Origin: Syntrophaceae bacterium UBA2251
GTDB lineage: Bacteria; Desulfobacterota; Syntrophia; Syntrophales; UBA2251
Direction: 5' to 3'
Length of the DNA stretch: 64,000 nt
Assembly: GCA_002347815.1 (NCBI GenBank)
Contig: DDXV01000016.1
Coordinates: 3,909-67,908 of the forward strand
The number at the start of each line of letters is the position of its first letter. The first letter of the stretch is position 1. Position numbers and translations under genes: made by a program. This document shows positions 8,855 through 18,345 of the stretch, piece after piece. Under the pieces are notes generated by a model. It ran no database searches and had not been told where the DNA came from. It worked only from the letters and a program-made list of their open reading frames with translations.

Positions 8855-10384
8855 TTACTTGTGGCCGAAATCCTTGCCCAGGATCTCGCCCGCGCAGATC
8901 ATGCCCGAAACGATGGCGCAATCCATGGCCACGCCGTACCCCCGGGCCGTATCGCCCGCGAAATAGAGCCCCTGGATATGCTCCGATTTGACGGGAACTT
9001 TCTGCGTCCCCGCCTGGGAGATGCTCTTCGCCACGCCTTCGAGCTTCCAGCAGACGACATCGAGCTTCCAGTCCATGCTCGCCTTGAATCCGGGATAGAC
9101 CTCCTCCATGAATTCGGGCAGCCGGTTGACGATCTTCTTGACCAGCTCCGGCGTGGTGGCCTCTTTCTCCGTCAGCGGCAGATAGGCGGTGTAGAGATAT
9201 TTCCCGGCCGGCGCGACGGAGGGATCCAATGCGGACTGGATATTCCAGCAGATGTAGACGTCGAAGTCGAACCCTTCGGATTTGGGCAGGACGCAGGTGT
9301 TCTTGAGGCCCATCTTCGCCTCGGCTTCCGGCATCACGAGCTTGTTCAGCCCGATGTAGGGGCAATAGCTCCCGTACCCGTACATGCGCTCGATCTTTTC
9401 GGGATATCCGGCCGGAAAGTGCGCCTTGTCGATGACCTTGAAGGTCTGCTGAGCGGGAATGTTGCTGACGACCCTGGCGGCGGCAAAGGTCTGCTCTCCT
9501 TCCGCGGTGTCAACCAGCACACCCTTGACGGCGCCGTTTTCCACCAGAACCTTCTTGACCTTTGCATTCAAAAGAAGGTCTCCCCCCAGCGCCTGGAATT
9601 TCCGGACGACCGCCTTGGACCATTCCCCCACGCCGTCCTCGACGAATCCGCCGATGTCCCCCAGGACACCCCGCATCAGTTTGGGGCCGAAGGCGGTCTT
9701 GAAGTAGCGGAAGATTTCCCCGATGGAGATGTCCTCCGGGCTGTTGATCGTCGAAAAGAGGGTGGCCACCGAGTGCAGGTGGTTGAAGATCACATCGCTC
9801 TTGCTGATCCCCTTTTCGTCCGCCCACTGCTTGAAGGAAACCTTTTCGAGCGCATCCAGCTGCTCGTCCGTCATCATATGGGCATCGACGTAGAAGGAGA
9901 AGAAGGGGATCTTCATTTCCTTGGCGATCCGCTTGATTTCCGGATCGATCTTGGAGCCGGCGACGTCGTGATAAATCCGTCCCTTATAGTAGTTCCCCCA
10001 CATGCCTCCGTGCTTCTTGACCTCCGGCAACCCGCCGATCTGGTCCTCGAAGTCGAGCATGTAGCCGGCCCCGTTCGCGCTCAAGGCATGATAGCCGACA
10101 TCCAGGGTATACCCATCGAGCAGGCGGTTCTTGACGATCGTCTCGATATCGGGCTGCGATGTCGCGAGACAGGAATACTGCGCGGCCAGCATGTTCTTGT
10201 ACCAGTCGAACCCCTTGTCGGAAATCTCCTTGCCCTTGATGGAAAAGGCGCGTCCGCCGGGACGATCGCACTGCTCCAAAATCAGGACCTTCAAACCCTC
10301 TTTCGCCATCAAGGTTCCAACCGTCAGGCCGCCGACACCGGCGCCGACAACAATCGCGTCATACCGTTTTTCCTTCATGTCCAA
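8855..10384 (-). CDS. FAD/NAD(P)-binding oxidoreductase, CrtI/amine-oxidase-like, 509 aa
   Basis: KRYDAIVVGAGVGGLTVGTLMAKEGLKVLILEQCDRPGGRA...GLYFAGDTARGYGVAMDCAIVSGMICAGEIL. It is the full-length paralog of the remnant at 513-1379. Confidence 0.85.
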   Translation of the reverse strand: MDMKEKRYDAIVVGAGVGGLTVGTLMAKEGLKVLILEQCDRPGGRAFSIKGKEISDKGFDWYKNMLAAQYSCLATSQPDIETIVKNRLLDGYTLDVGYHALSANGAGYMLDFEDQIGGLPEVKKHGGMWGNYYKGRIYHDVAGSKIDPEIKRIAKEMKIPFFSFYVDAHMMTDEQLDALEKVSFKQWADEKGISKSDVIFNHLHSVATLFSTINSPEDISIGEIFRYFKTAFGPKLMRGVLGDIGGFVEDGVGEWSKAVVRKFQALGGDLLLNAKVKKVLVENGAVKGVLVDTAEGEQTFAAARVVSNIPAQQTFKVIDKAHFPAGYPEKIERMYGYGSYCPYIGLNKLVMPEAEAKMGLKNTCVLPKSEGFDFDVYICWNIQSALDPSVAPAGKYLYTAYLPLTEKEATTPELVKKIVNRLPEFMEEVYPGFKASMDWKLDVVCWKLEGVAKSISQAGTQKVPVKSEHIQGLYFAGDTARGYGVAMDCAIVSGMICAGEILGKDFGHK

Positions 10385-10520
10385 ACCTTTCTTTGAGTGA
10401 ATTGAGCATCTCGCTTTACAGATACATCAGTTCATGAAGCATCTGACCGGAAACGACGTCCCGCCGGCCGTTCCACATGGACAGATAATTCTTCTTCTCC
10501 ATCTCGTTCATGTCCACCCC

Positions 10521-10976
10521 TCAGAGAGGTTTGAAATACTGGATGTCCAGGATGTTCGCCTTGCGATCCCGGGCGAAGACCGGCCTCACCCGCATGCCGA
10601 TATGGACCTCGTCGAGATCGACCTCGTCGAGGAAGTGGGCCATGCCCGTATCGGCGCCGTCGAGCCTGATGACGGCATAGACGAAGGGGGCCTTCCGGGG
10701 CTGGACGGGCTCGTTGTAGGTCACGACCGTAAAGGTCTCCACCGTTCCCAGCGGGCCGATTTCGACGGTCTCCGTCAATTCCGAAAAACAGACGTGACAG
10801 GTCGAGCGGGGCGGCCAGAGGACCTTGTTGCATTTAGGGCATTTCGCCCCCAGAATTTTCTGCTGGTCCCTGAGCGCGACATAAAAGCGGCTGCCCATCC
10901 GGCCGGCATAGTAGCGGCTGTTGGCCGTCAGGTGCTGATCGACCTCGAAGGGTTCGTAGTGTTTGATCTCTTCCAT
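10521..10976 (-). CDS. DUF35 family protein (Zn-ribbon plus OB-fold)
   Basis: GAKCPKCNKVLWPPRSTCHVCF...IRLDGADTGMAHFL; 151 aa. Confidence 0.85.
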   Translation of the reverse strand: MEEIKHYEPFEVDQHLTANSRYYAGRMGSRFYVALRDQQKILGAKCPKCNKVLWPPRSTCHVCFSELTETVEIGPLGTVETFTVVTYNEPVQPRKAPFVYAVIRLDGADTGMAHFLDEVDLDEVHIGMRVRPVFARDRKANILDIQYFKPL

Positions 10977-11020
10977 CGGATTCGCTCCTTAGCTTTTTGA
11001 GATGAAATTGCTCGCCGGCC

Positions 11021-11521
11021 TCACTTCGGGCGGACCTGGCCGGGCAGCGGCTCATAATAGAGGATGTCGCTCAGGTCGCCGGTCCGCTGCTCCTTCGGGC
11101 GCAGGACGAGGCGCATCCGCATCCCCACCCAGACCTTCTCCATATCCGGCTCCACGTTGACGAAATGGTCAAGCACCGACGTCGCGCCATCGAGGCGGAC
11201 GGACCCGTAAACGAAGGGCGGCTCGTGGGGTTTCCCCGTCGTGGGATCCGTCAGGGGGAGATACATGATCGTGAAGGCCACGAGCGTCCCCTCCTGCGCG
11301 AGTTCCACCCACTCCTCGTTTTTGACATGACACTCGGCGCAGACGATCCGGGGCGGCAACTGCACCCGCTTGCACCGGGGGCATTTCACCGCGAAGATCT
11401 TGCCGTTATCCCGCATTTCGACCAGGTATTTCGTCAGGTACTGACCGGCGGCAAACCGGTAGGGGACGTCCACCGTCATGGGGATCGAGATCCATTCCTG
11501 TTCTTTCTGTACCATCTTCAC
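11021..11521 (-). CDS. DUF35 family protein (Zn-ribbon plus OB-fold)
   Basis: AVKCPRCKRVQLPPRIVCAECH...VRLDGATSVLDHFV; 166 aa. Confidence 0.85.
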   Translation of the reverse strand: MKMVQKEQEWISIPMTVDVPYRFAAGQYLTKYLVEMRDNGKIFAVKCPRCKRVQLPPRIVCAECHVKNEEWVELAQEGTLVAFTIMYLPLTDPTTGKPHEPPFVYGSVRLDGATSVLDHFVNVEPDMEKVWVGMRMRLVLRPKEQRTGDLSDILYYEPLPGQVRPK

Positions 11522-11527
11522 GCCTCC

Positions 11528-12697
11528 TCAATCATCCAGGGTCTTCGACAGGGCCGTCATGACCGTCCAGTTCGTGCCGCCGTATCCCGTCGTCAGGGCG
11601 CGGCGGACGTCCTTCGGCGCCTGATGTCCGCCGGCGTCCCCGCGGATCTGCAGGGCCGCCTCCCAGACTCGGAGCATCGCCGACGCCCCGATGCAGTTCG
11701 TGGACAGAACCCCCCCGGACGGATTCACCGGAATGGGGCCGTCGATGTTCGTCATCCCCTTCTCGACGAGGCGGAATCCCTCACCGGGGCCGCACAGACC
11801 GAGATCCTCGTACCAGATCAGTTCCGCCCAGGTCGCGGGTTCGTAGACCTCGAAGACGTCGAAATACTCCGCCGGTTTCTTGACGCCCAATTTCTTGTAC
11901 ATGCGCGCGGCGCACACCTTGGAGAAAATCGGCCGCTTCGTGTCGACAAACCGCCAGTCCAACTCGAACTGCTCGTTGTGGGCCGTATCCATCGCCCGGA
12001 TCCAGACGGGCTTCTTGCAGCGCTTCTTCGCCGTCTTTTCGTCGGCCAGCACCATCGCGCAGGCGCCGTTCGAGGCGGGGCACATGTCGAGCATCCGGAT
12101 CGGATAGGACAGCATCCGCGAATTGAGGGCGTCCTCGATGGTGATGTCCAGCTTCAAATGGGCGTAGGGGTTCTTCCGGGCGTTCTGACGCGCCTTGACC
12201 GCGACCATGGCGGAATGCTCCTCCGTGGCGCCCCAGGTGGCCATGTAGGACGAGCCCATCGTGGCGAAATAGCCCACGGCGGCGCCCGCCAGGGAACGGC
12301 CCCAGAGGGGATGGGCCACGCCGCTCAGGATCGCTCCCGTATCGCCCTCCTCCTGCTTTTCGAATCCGATGCACAGGGCCTTGTCGAAGAGGCCGCTGGC
12401 GATGTGGTGGGCGCCGACGCAGACCGTGGTCGCGCCGACCGTGCCGCCGGTCGTGATCTTGAGCCCCGGCTTGCCGTAGGCCCCGGTGCCGTGGACAAGC
12501 CAGCAGTCGGTCATGTGGACCCCTTCGAAGAACTCCATATTGCCCAGGAAGATCGTATCGATCTCGTCGATCGTCATCCCGGCATCGTCCAGGGCCCGGC
12601 GGACCGCTTCGTTCACCATCTCCGCCTGATCCACGTCGTGGCGCCGCGCCGCATGATAGGTCTGTCCTCCGCCGATAATGGCAACGTTTCTCTTCAT
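11528..12697 (-). CDS. Thiolase-fold protein, SCP-x-like, lacking the nucleophilic Cys (type B)
   Basis: MKRNVAIIGGGQTYHAARRHDV..., LKITTGGTVGATTVCVGAHHIASGLFDKALCIGFEK, DMCPASNGACAMVLA and [18 protein letters not shown] are present. The track ORF carries a 92-codon low-complexity extension that I reject. Confidence 0.85.
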   Translation of the reverse strand: MKRNVAIIGGGQTYHAARRHDVDQAEMVNEAVRRALDDAGMTIDEIDTIFLGNMEFFEGVHMTDCWLVHGTGAYGKPGLKITTGGTVGATTVCVGAHHIASGLFDKALCIGFEKQEEGDTGAILSGVAHPLWGRSLAGAAVGYFATMGSSYMATWGATEEHSAMVAVKARQNARKNPYAHLKLDITIEDALNSRMLSYPIRMLDMCPASNGACAMVLADEKTAKKRCKKPVWIRAMDTAHNEQFELDWRFVDTKRPIFSKVCAARMYKKLGVKKPAEYFDVFEVYEPATWAELIWYEDLGLCGPGEGFRLVEKGMTNIDGPIPVNPSGGVLSTNCIGASAMLRVWEAALQIRGDAGGHQAPKDVRRALTTGYGGTNWTVMTALSKTLDD

Positions 12698-12708
12698 GAT
12701 CGATCCTC

Positions 12709-13860
12709 CTACTCCTTTCCGAGGACAACGACGCACTGGTGCTGTCCGCAGAAACCGCTGTGTCCCTGGGCTACGGCGACCTTCACGTCCTTGCTCACCT
12801 GATGGTCCCCCGCCTGGCCCATGACCTGCAGGGCCGCCTCCGCCACACGGTTCAGGCCGTACACATTGATGGGCACGCCGCCCAGGAGGCCGCCGGAGGG
12901 GTTCACCGGGAGCTTTCCCTTGATCTCCGTGGCGCCCGACTCCACCATCCGCCCCGCCGCACCCCGATCGCACAGGCCGAGCCCTTCCATCCAGAGGAGT
13001 TCCTGGTAGGAAAAGTCGTCTCCGACCTCCGCCACGTCGATCTGGCGGCGCGGATTCTTGATTCCGGCCATCCGGTAGGCCTGGGCAGCCGCCTTCTCCA
13101 GGGCGAACACACCGGCCAGATCGCGGTCGCCCAGATAGTAGGCATCATAACAGGTCCCGATCCCCTTGATCCAGACGGGGGTTTTCGTGATCTGGCGCGC
13201 CCGCTTCTCCGAGGCCAGGATCATGGCCACGGCGCCGTCCGTATCCGGTGCGATGTCCAGCTTCCGGATGGGTGAGGCCACGAGCGGACTGCTCAGAACA
13301 TCGGCCACCGTGAAATCGCCGCTCTGATGGGCTACGGGGTTCTTCTTCGCGTTGGCGAGGTTCTTCACCACCACCCGGGCGATCTGTTCCGGGGTGACGC
13401 CGTACTTGTACATGTAGCGCCGGGCCTGAAGGGCCGCCGCCGAGGTATAATCAAACCCCAAAAGGCGCGTATAGATGGGCTCGAAGGCGTCGTTGTTCAC
13501 GATGTTCCGGTTCGTCTGGGACATCTTCGTATGCGCCATCAGCAGGGTGCACTCAAATTCCCCGGACAGGATGCCGATGGTTCCGTAATGGACGGCCGTC
13601 GAACCGTCCAGGGCCATCTTCTCCTCGTTGCGCAGATGCCCGCCGATCACGTCGGTGATCCCGATGTCGGAAATGGTCTGGCCGTCCCAGATGTCATGGG
13701 AACAACTGATGCTGTTATCGATATCCTCGTCCATCTTGAGCCCCGTCTGGCGCAGGACCGCCTCGATGACCTCGTAGGCCATCTCGCCGTAACTGACGTC
13801 CGCGCGCTTGGGGGCAAACTTCGTCTGGGCGATGCCCACGATTGCTACCCGATCTGCCAT
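12709..13860 (-). CDS. Thiolase-fold protein, SCP-x-like, lacking the nucleophilic Cys (type A)
   Basis: MADRVAIVGIAQTKFAPKRADV..., MALDGSTAVHYGTIGILSG, DIAPDTDGAVAMILA and LPVNPSGGLLGGVPINVYGL are present. Confidence 0.85.
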   Translation of the reverse strand: MADRVAIVGIAQTKFAPKRADVSYGEMAYEVIEAVLRQTGLKMDEDIDNSISCSHDIWDGQTISDIGITDVIGGHLRNEEKMALDGSTAVHYGTIGILSGEFECTLLMAHTKMSQTNRNIVNNDAFEPIYTRLLGFDYTSAAALQARRYMYKYGVTPEQIARVVVKNLANAKKNPVAHQSGDFTVADVLSSPLVASPIRKLDIAPDTDGAVAMILASEKRARQITKTPVWIKGIGTCYDAYYLGDRDLAGVFALEKAAAQAYRMAGIKNPRRQIDVAEVGDDFSYQELLWMEGLGLCDRGAAGRMVESGATEIKGKLPVNPSGGLLGGVPINVYGLNRVAEAALQVMGQAGDHQVSKDVKVAVAQGHSGFCGQHQCVVVLGKE

Positions 13861-13983
13861 GAAATCCTCCTTGCCCGTGCCGTCGATCCTCGAAATTACC
13901 CGCCTCCGGCGAAGCCGCCGCCCGTCCGGTGGCGGGTCCCGGCGGAAGTCGTTTTCCGCCGGGGACAACCGACGCCGGATGCG

Positions 13984-15168
13984 TTAAATCCGTTCAAAGA
14001 TCGTGGCGATGCCCTGACCGCCGCCGATACACAGGGTGGCCAGCCCGTAACGCCCGCCCGTCCGCTGCAGGTGCTTCAGCACCGCCAGGGCCAGCCGGCC
14101 GCCGCTCATGCCGTTGGGATGACCGAAGGCGATGGCGCCGCCGCAGGGGTTCCATTTCTCCGGATCCACCGCATGACCGTTCTTCTTGAGCTCCTTCATC
14201 ACGGCCAGCGTCTGGGAGGCGAAGGCTTCGTTGCATTCCACCGTATCCATATCGGCCAGCTTCAGGCCGGCCCGTTCCAGGGCCTTGGGAATGGCATAGG
14301 CCGGACCGATGCCCATGTACTTCGGCTCCACGCCCGCCAGGGCGCAGGTGACAAAACGGCCCAGGGGCTTGAGTCCCATGGATTCGCACTTTTCCTTCGA
14401 CATCAAGAGGACGGCCACGCCGCCGTCGTTCATCCCCGACGAACTCCCGGCGGTCACCGTTCCCCCCTTCTTGAAGGCGGGCTTGAGGGCGGCCATCTTT
14501 TCCAGCGTCGTCGCCCGGGGGTGTTCGTCCCGGTCGAAAACGATGGGATCGCCCTTCCGCTGCGGAATCGTGATGGGGACGATCTCGTCCTTGAAGTAAC
14601 CGGCCTCGATGGCCTTGATGGCGAGCGTCTGGCTCCTCAGGCCGAAGGCGTCCTGCTCCTCGCGGGAGATGCCCCACTCCTCGGCCAGGATCTCGGCGAC
14701 GATCCCCATCGGGGCGTTCGTTTCCGGTGTCGGTCCGACCTCGCGACCCAGGAAGGCGTTGGGCATCAGGGAGAAGGGAACCTTCTGGCGCTCCATCAGA
14801 TACGGCGCGTTGCTCCAGCTTTCGCAGCCGCCGGCGATATAGGTGTCGCCAAAACCGGCCAGAATCGCCATCGCCGCGGAATTGATGGTCTGCAGCGCGG
14901 AGCCGCACTGCCGCTCCACCGTCTGCGCCGTTACGGACACGGGAAAGCCCGCCTTGAGCACCGCCCAGCGGCCGATATTGACCGCCATGTTGTTCGTACA
15001 GGCATGACCGATCAGGACATCCTCCACGATGGCCGGGTCGATCTTCGTCTTTTCAAGCAGTCCCTTCAGGGCGAAGGCGGCCAGTTCCTCGGGGCGAAAC
15101 CCGGACAGGGCGCCGCCCATTCTTCCAATCGGTGTTCGCACACCGTCGACAATCCATACTTCCTTCAT
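13984..15168 (-). CDS. Acetyl-CoA C-acetyl/acyltransferase (genuine thiolase, 394 aa)
   Basis: MKEVWIVDGVRTPIGRMGGAL..., VERQCGSALQTI (active-site Cys), and GGAIAFGHPNGMSGGRL...CIGGGQGIA. Confidence 0.92.
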   Translation of the reverse strand: MKEVWIVDGVRTPIGRMGGALSGFRPEELAAFALKGLLEKTKIDPAIVEDVLIGHACTNNMAVNIGRWAVLKAGFPVSVTAQTVERQCGSALQTINSAAMAILAGFGDTYIAGGCESWSNAPYLMERQKVPFSLMPNAFLGREVGPTPETNAPMGIVAEILAEEWGISREEQDAFGLRSQTLAIKAIEAGYFKDEIVPITIPQRKGDPIVFDRDEHPRATTLEKMAALKPAFKKGGTVTAGSSSGMNDGGVAVLLMSKEKCESMGLKPLGRFVTCALAGVEPKYMGIGPAYAIPKALERAGLKLADMDTVECNEAFASQTLAVMKELKKNGHAVDPEKWNPCGGAIAFGHPNGMSGGRLALAVLKHLQRTGGRYGLATLCIGGGQGIATIFERI

Positions 15169-15284
15169 GTTTCACCTCGTCTCTCACTGCGTCACGCCCA
15201 CGCGCCGACCGGTTTGTCTTAAAAGATCCGCGGCGGACCGGATAACCCCCTTGTCCGGGGAACCCGGTCCGCCCCGGAGCATCC

Positions 15285-16070
<786 letters not shown>

Positions 16071-16114
16071 GCAATCCTTCTCCTTGTCATGAAAGAATCG
16101 TTCACTCCGCGGCG

Positions 16115-17029
16115 TTAACCGAAGATCTTGAAGGGCGTCTTGGTCCCGTCGGGATGGTAATCGTAGAACCCCTTGCCGTTCTTCCGTCCCAGGCGGCCCG
16201 CCTCGAGCATCTTACGGTAGAGGATGTTGAGCTTGGCGGACTCGCTGTGGGTGTATTCGAACACGGCATCCTGGGCCATCTGGATCACGTCGAAACCGCC
16301 GAAATCCGCCAGTTCGCAGGGCCCCATCGGGTGGCCGGCCCCGAGCTTCATGGCCGTGTCGATGTCTTCCGCCGTCGCCGTCCCTTCCAGGACCATCTGG
16401 GCCGCATCCATGTACAGTGGACCCAGGAGGCGGTTGACGATGAACCCGGGGGTGTCCTTCGTCCTCACGGGAACCTTGCCCATCTTCTTGCAGACGGCCA
16501 TGGCCGTCTCGACGGTCTCCGCGGCCACGCCGATCGGCATGACGATCTCGACCAGCTTCATGACGGCGGCCGGATTGAAGAAATGGGTCCCGACCACCTT
16601 GTCCTTGCGTTCCGTTGCCCCGGCGATGGCCGTGACCGCCAGAACGGAGGTGTTGGTGGCGAGAATCGCCGCCGGCTTGCAGATCTTGTCCAGTTCGGCA
16701 AAGATCTTCTTCTTGAGTTCCATGCTCTCCGGAACGGCCTCGATGACGAAATCGGCGTCCTTGGCCGCGTCCTTCAGATCCGTCGAGGTCCTCAGGAGCT
16801 TCAGCGTCGCGTCGGCCTGCTCCTGCGTCAGCTTTCCCTTCTCCACGCGCTTGCCCAGGCTCTTGCGGATCTGGGCCGCGCCCTTGTCCGCGAATTCCTG
16901 GGCCACGTCGTACAGCACCACGTTGATGCCGGCGGAGATCGCCGCCTGCGCGATGCCGTGGCCCATCGTTCCAGCACCCAATACGGTCATGTTCTTGACG
17001 TCCACTTGTTGAATCCTCCCTTCGTTCAT
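16115..17029 (-). CDS. 3-hydroxyacyl-CoA (3-hydroxybutyryl-CoA) dehydrogenase
   Basis: MTVLGAGTMGHGIAQAAISAGINVVLYDV...NTSVLAVTAIA...VVGTHFFNPAAVMKLVEIV. A GTG at 17005 behind GGGAGG is an alternative start. Confidence 0.9.
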   Translation of the reverse strand: MNEGRIQQVDVKNMTVLGAGTMGHGIAQAAISAGINVVLYDVAQEFADKGAAQIRKSLGKRVEKGKLTQEQADATLKLLRTSTDLKDAAKDADFVIEAVPESMELKKKIFAELDKICKPAAILATNTSVLAVTAIAGATERKDKVVGTHFFNPAAVMKLVEIVMPIGVAAETVETAMAVCKKMGKVPVRTKDTPGFIVNRLLGPLYMDAAQMVLEGTATAEDIDTAMKLGAGHPMGPCELADFGGFDVIQMAQDAVFEYTHSESAKLNILYRKMLEAGRLGRKNGKGFYDYHPDGTKTPFKIFG

Positions 17030-17054
17030 CGTGATATTGCGTGTTCGGTTACCG

Positions 17055-18208
17055 TTACTTTTTTGGAAATTCCTTTTCCATCTCCTGGTAGAGATCGAGC
17101 TTCTTCACCTTGCCGAGCAGCGTCAGGGGAAGCTGGTCGCGGAAGACGATGTCCTCCGGGATCTTGAAATTCGCCAGATGATCCTTGAGGAACGCCTTGA
17201 CGCCTTCCGCCGTCGGGTTCGTTCCGGGCTTCTTCATGATGTAGGCCCGGCCGACCTCCCCCATGACGGGATCGGGCCTTCCCACCACGGCCGACATCAG
17301 GACGTCGGGGTGCTTGGCCAGGGCCTCCTCCACCTCGGGGGGATAGACGTTCTCGCCGCCCCGGATGAACATCTCCTTTTTCCGCCCCACGATGTACAGA
17401 TACCCGTCCCCGTCGAGCCGGCCCATGTCCCCCCCGTGTGGAAGTAGCCCTTGGGGTCGAAGACCCGGGCGTCCTCGTCCGGCCGTTTCCAGTAGCCCTT
17501 CATGACGGGATCGCCCTTGATGGCGATCTCGCCGACCTCGCCCGTGGGCAGGATATTGAACTTATCGTCCATGATGGCGATCTCGATGGTGTTGATGGGC
17601 GCCCCGACGCTGTGCTTGAGCTTTTCCTCGCCATGACGGGGGTGCGTGAAGGTGATGGCGCCACTGACCTCCGTCAGACCGTAGGAGTTCTGCGGCATGA
17701 CCCCCATCCGCTGCCCGATCGCCAGGATCAGCTCCGAGGGACAGGGCTGGCTGGAGACGATGGCCGTCTGAATCGTGCTCAGATCGTACTTCTCCACGTT
17801 GGGATTGAGGAGCTCCAGGGCATACTGGGCCGGCACCTGCCCGATGATGGTCACACGTTCCTTTTCGATGACCTGCAGGGTCTCCTCCGGGACGAACATG
17901 TCCATGATGACAAGCTTGTTCCCCGAGTTGAGCGTGGCGATGACCGCCATGACGGCGCCGCCCACGTGGTTCAGCGGAATGTTCAACAGCAGCGTGTGCC
18001 CCTTCCCGTAATCGGAGGCCGCATTCTGGCCGTTCGTATAGGAGATCAGGTTTTTATGGGTCAGCATGGCCGCCTTGGGAATCCCGGTGGCGCCCGACGT
18101 GTAGAGAAAAAGCATGGGGTCGTCCGGCTCGACGGCCGCCTGGGCCTGCTCCAGGGCCGGCTGTTCCGCCGCGTGCTGCCTGAAGAAATCGTCCATCACC
18201 CTTGCCAT
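17055..18208 (-). pseudogene. AMP-dependent acyl-CoA synthetase, N-terminally short and frameshifted in a G7 run
   Basis: ORF 17297-18208 starts only ~30 aa before the P-loop (LFLYTSGATGIPKAAMLTH) and ends in ...KGYFHTGG. ORF 17055-17426, in another frame, continues MGRLDGDGYLYIVGRKKEMFIRGGENVYPPEVEE. The conserved YxTGD motif is split at CACAC-GGGGGGG-ACATG (17427-17436). Confidence 0.7.
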
Positions 18209-18345
18209 ACCGAACCTCCTCCTTTTTTTGTTGTATTCATCCCTGTGAACCGTTAACCCCTCCGCTCCCGCCTTCCCGAACCCCCGGCCGGTCCGGGTAA
18301 ACCTGCCGGGGGTTCAAGACGGGAAACATCCTAACCGCCCCCGTC

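Noticed and set aside
17427-17436. Programmed -1 ribosomal frameshift on G GGG GGG in the acyl-CoA synthetase.
   Set aside because: A -1 slip would formally restore ...HTGGDMGRLDG. However, no downstream stimulatory structure is evident, the gene also lacks its N-terminal domain, and the extra Gly would disrupt the conserved TGD motif. A mutation or homopolymer error is more likely.
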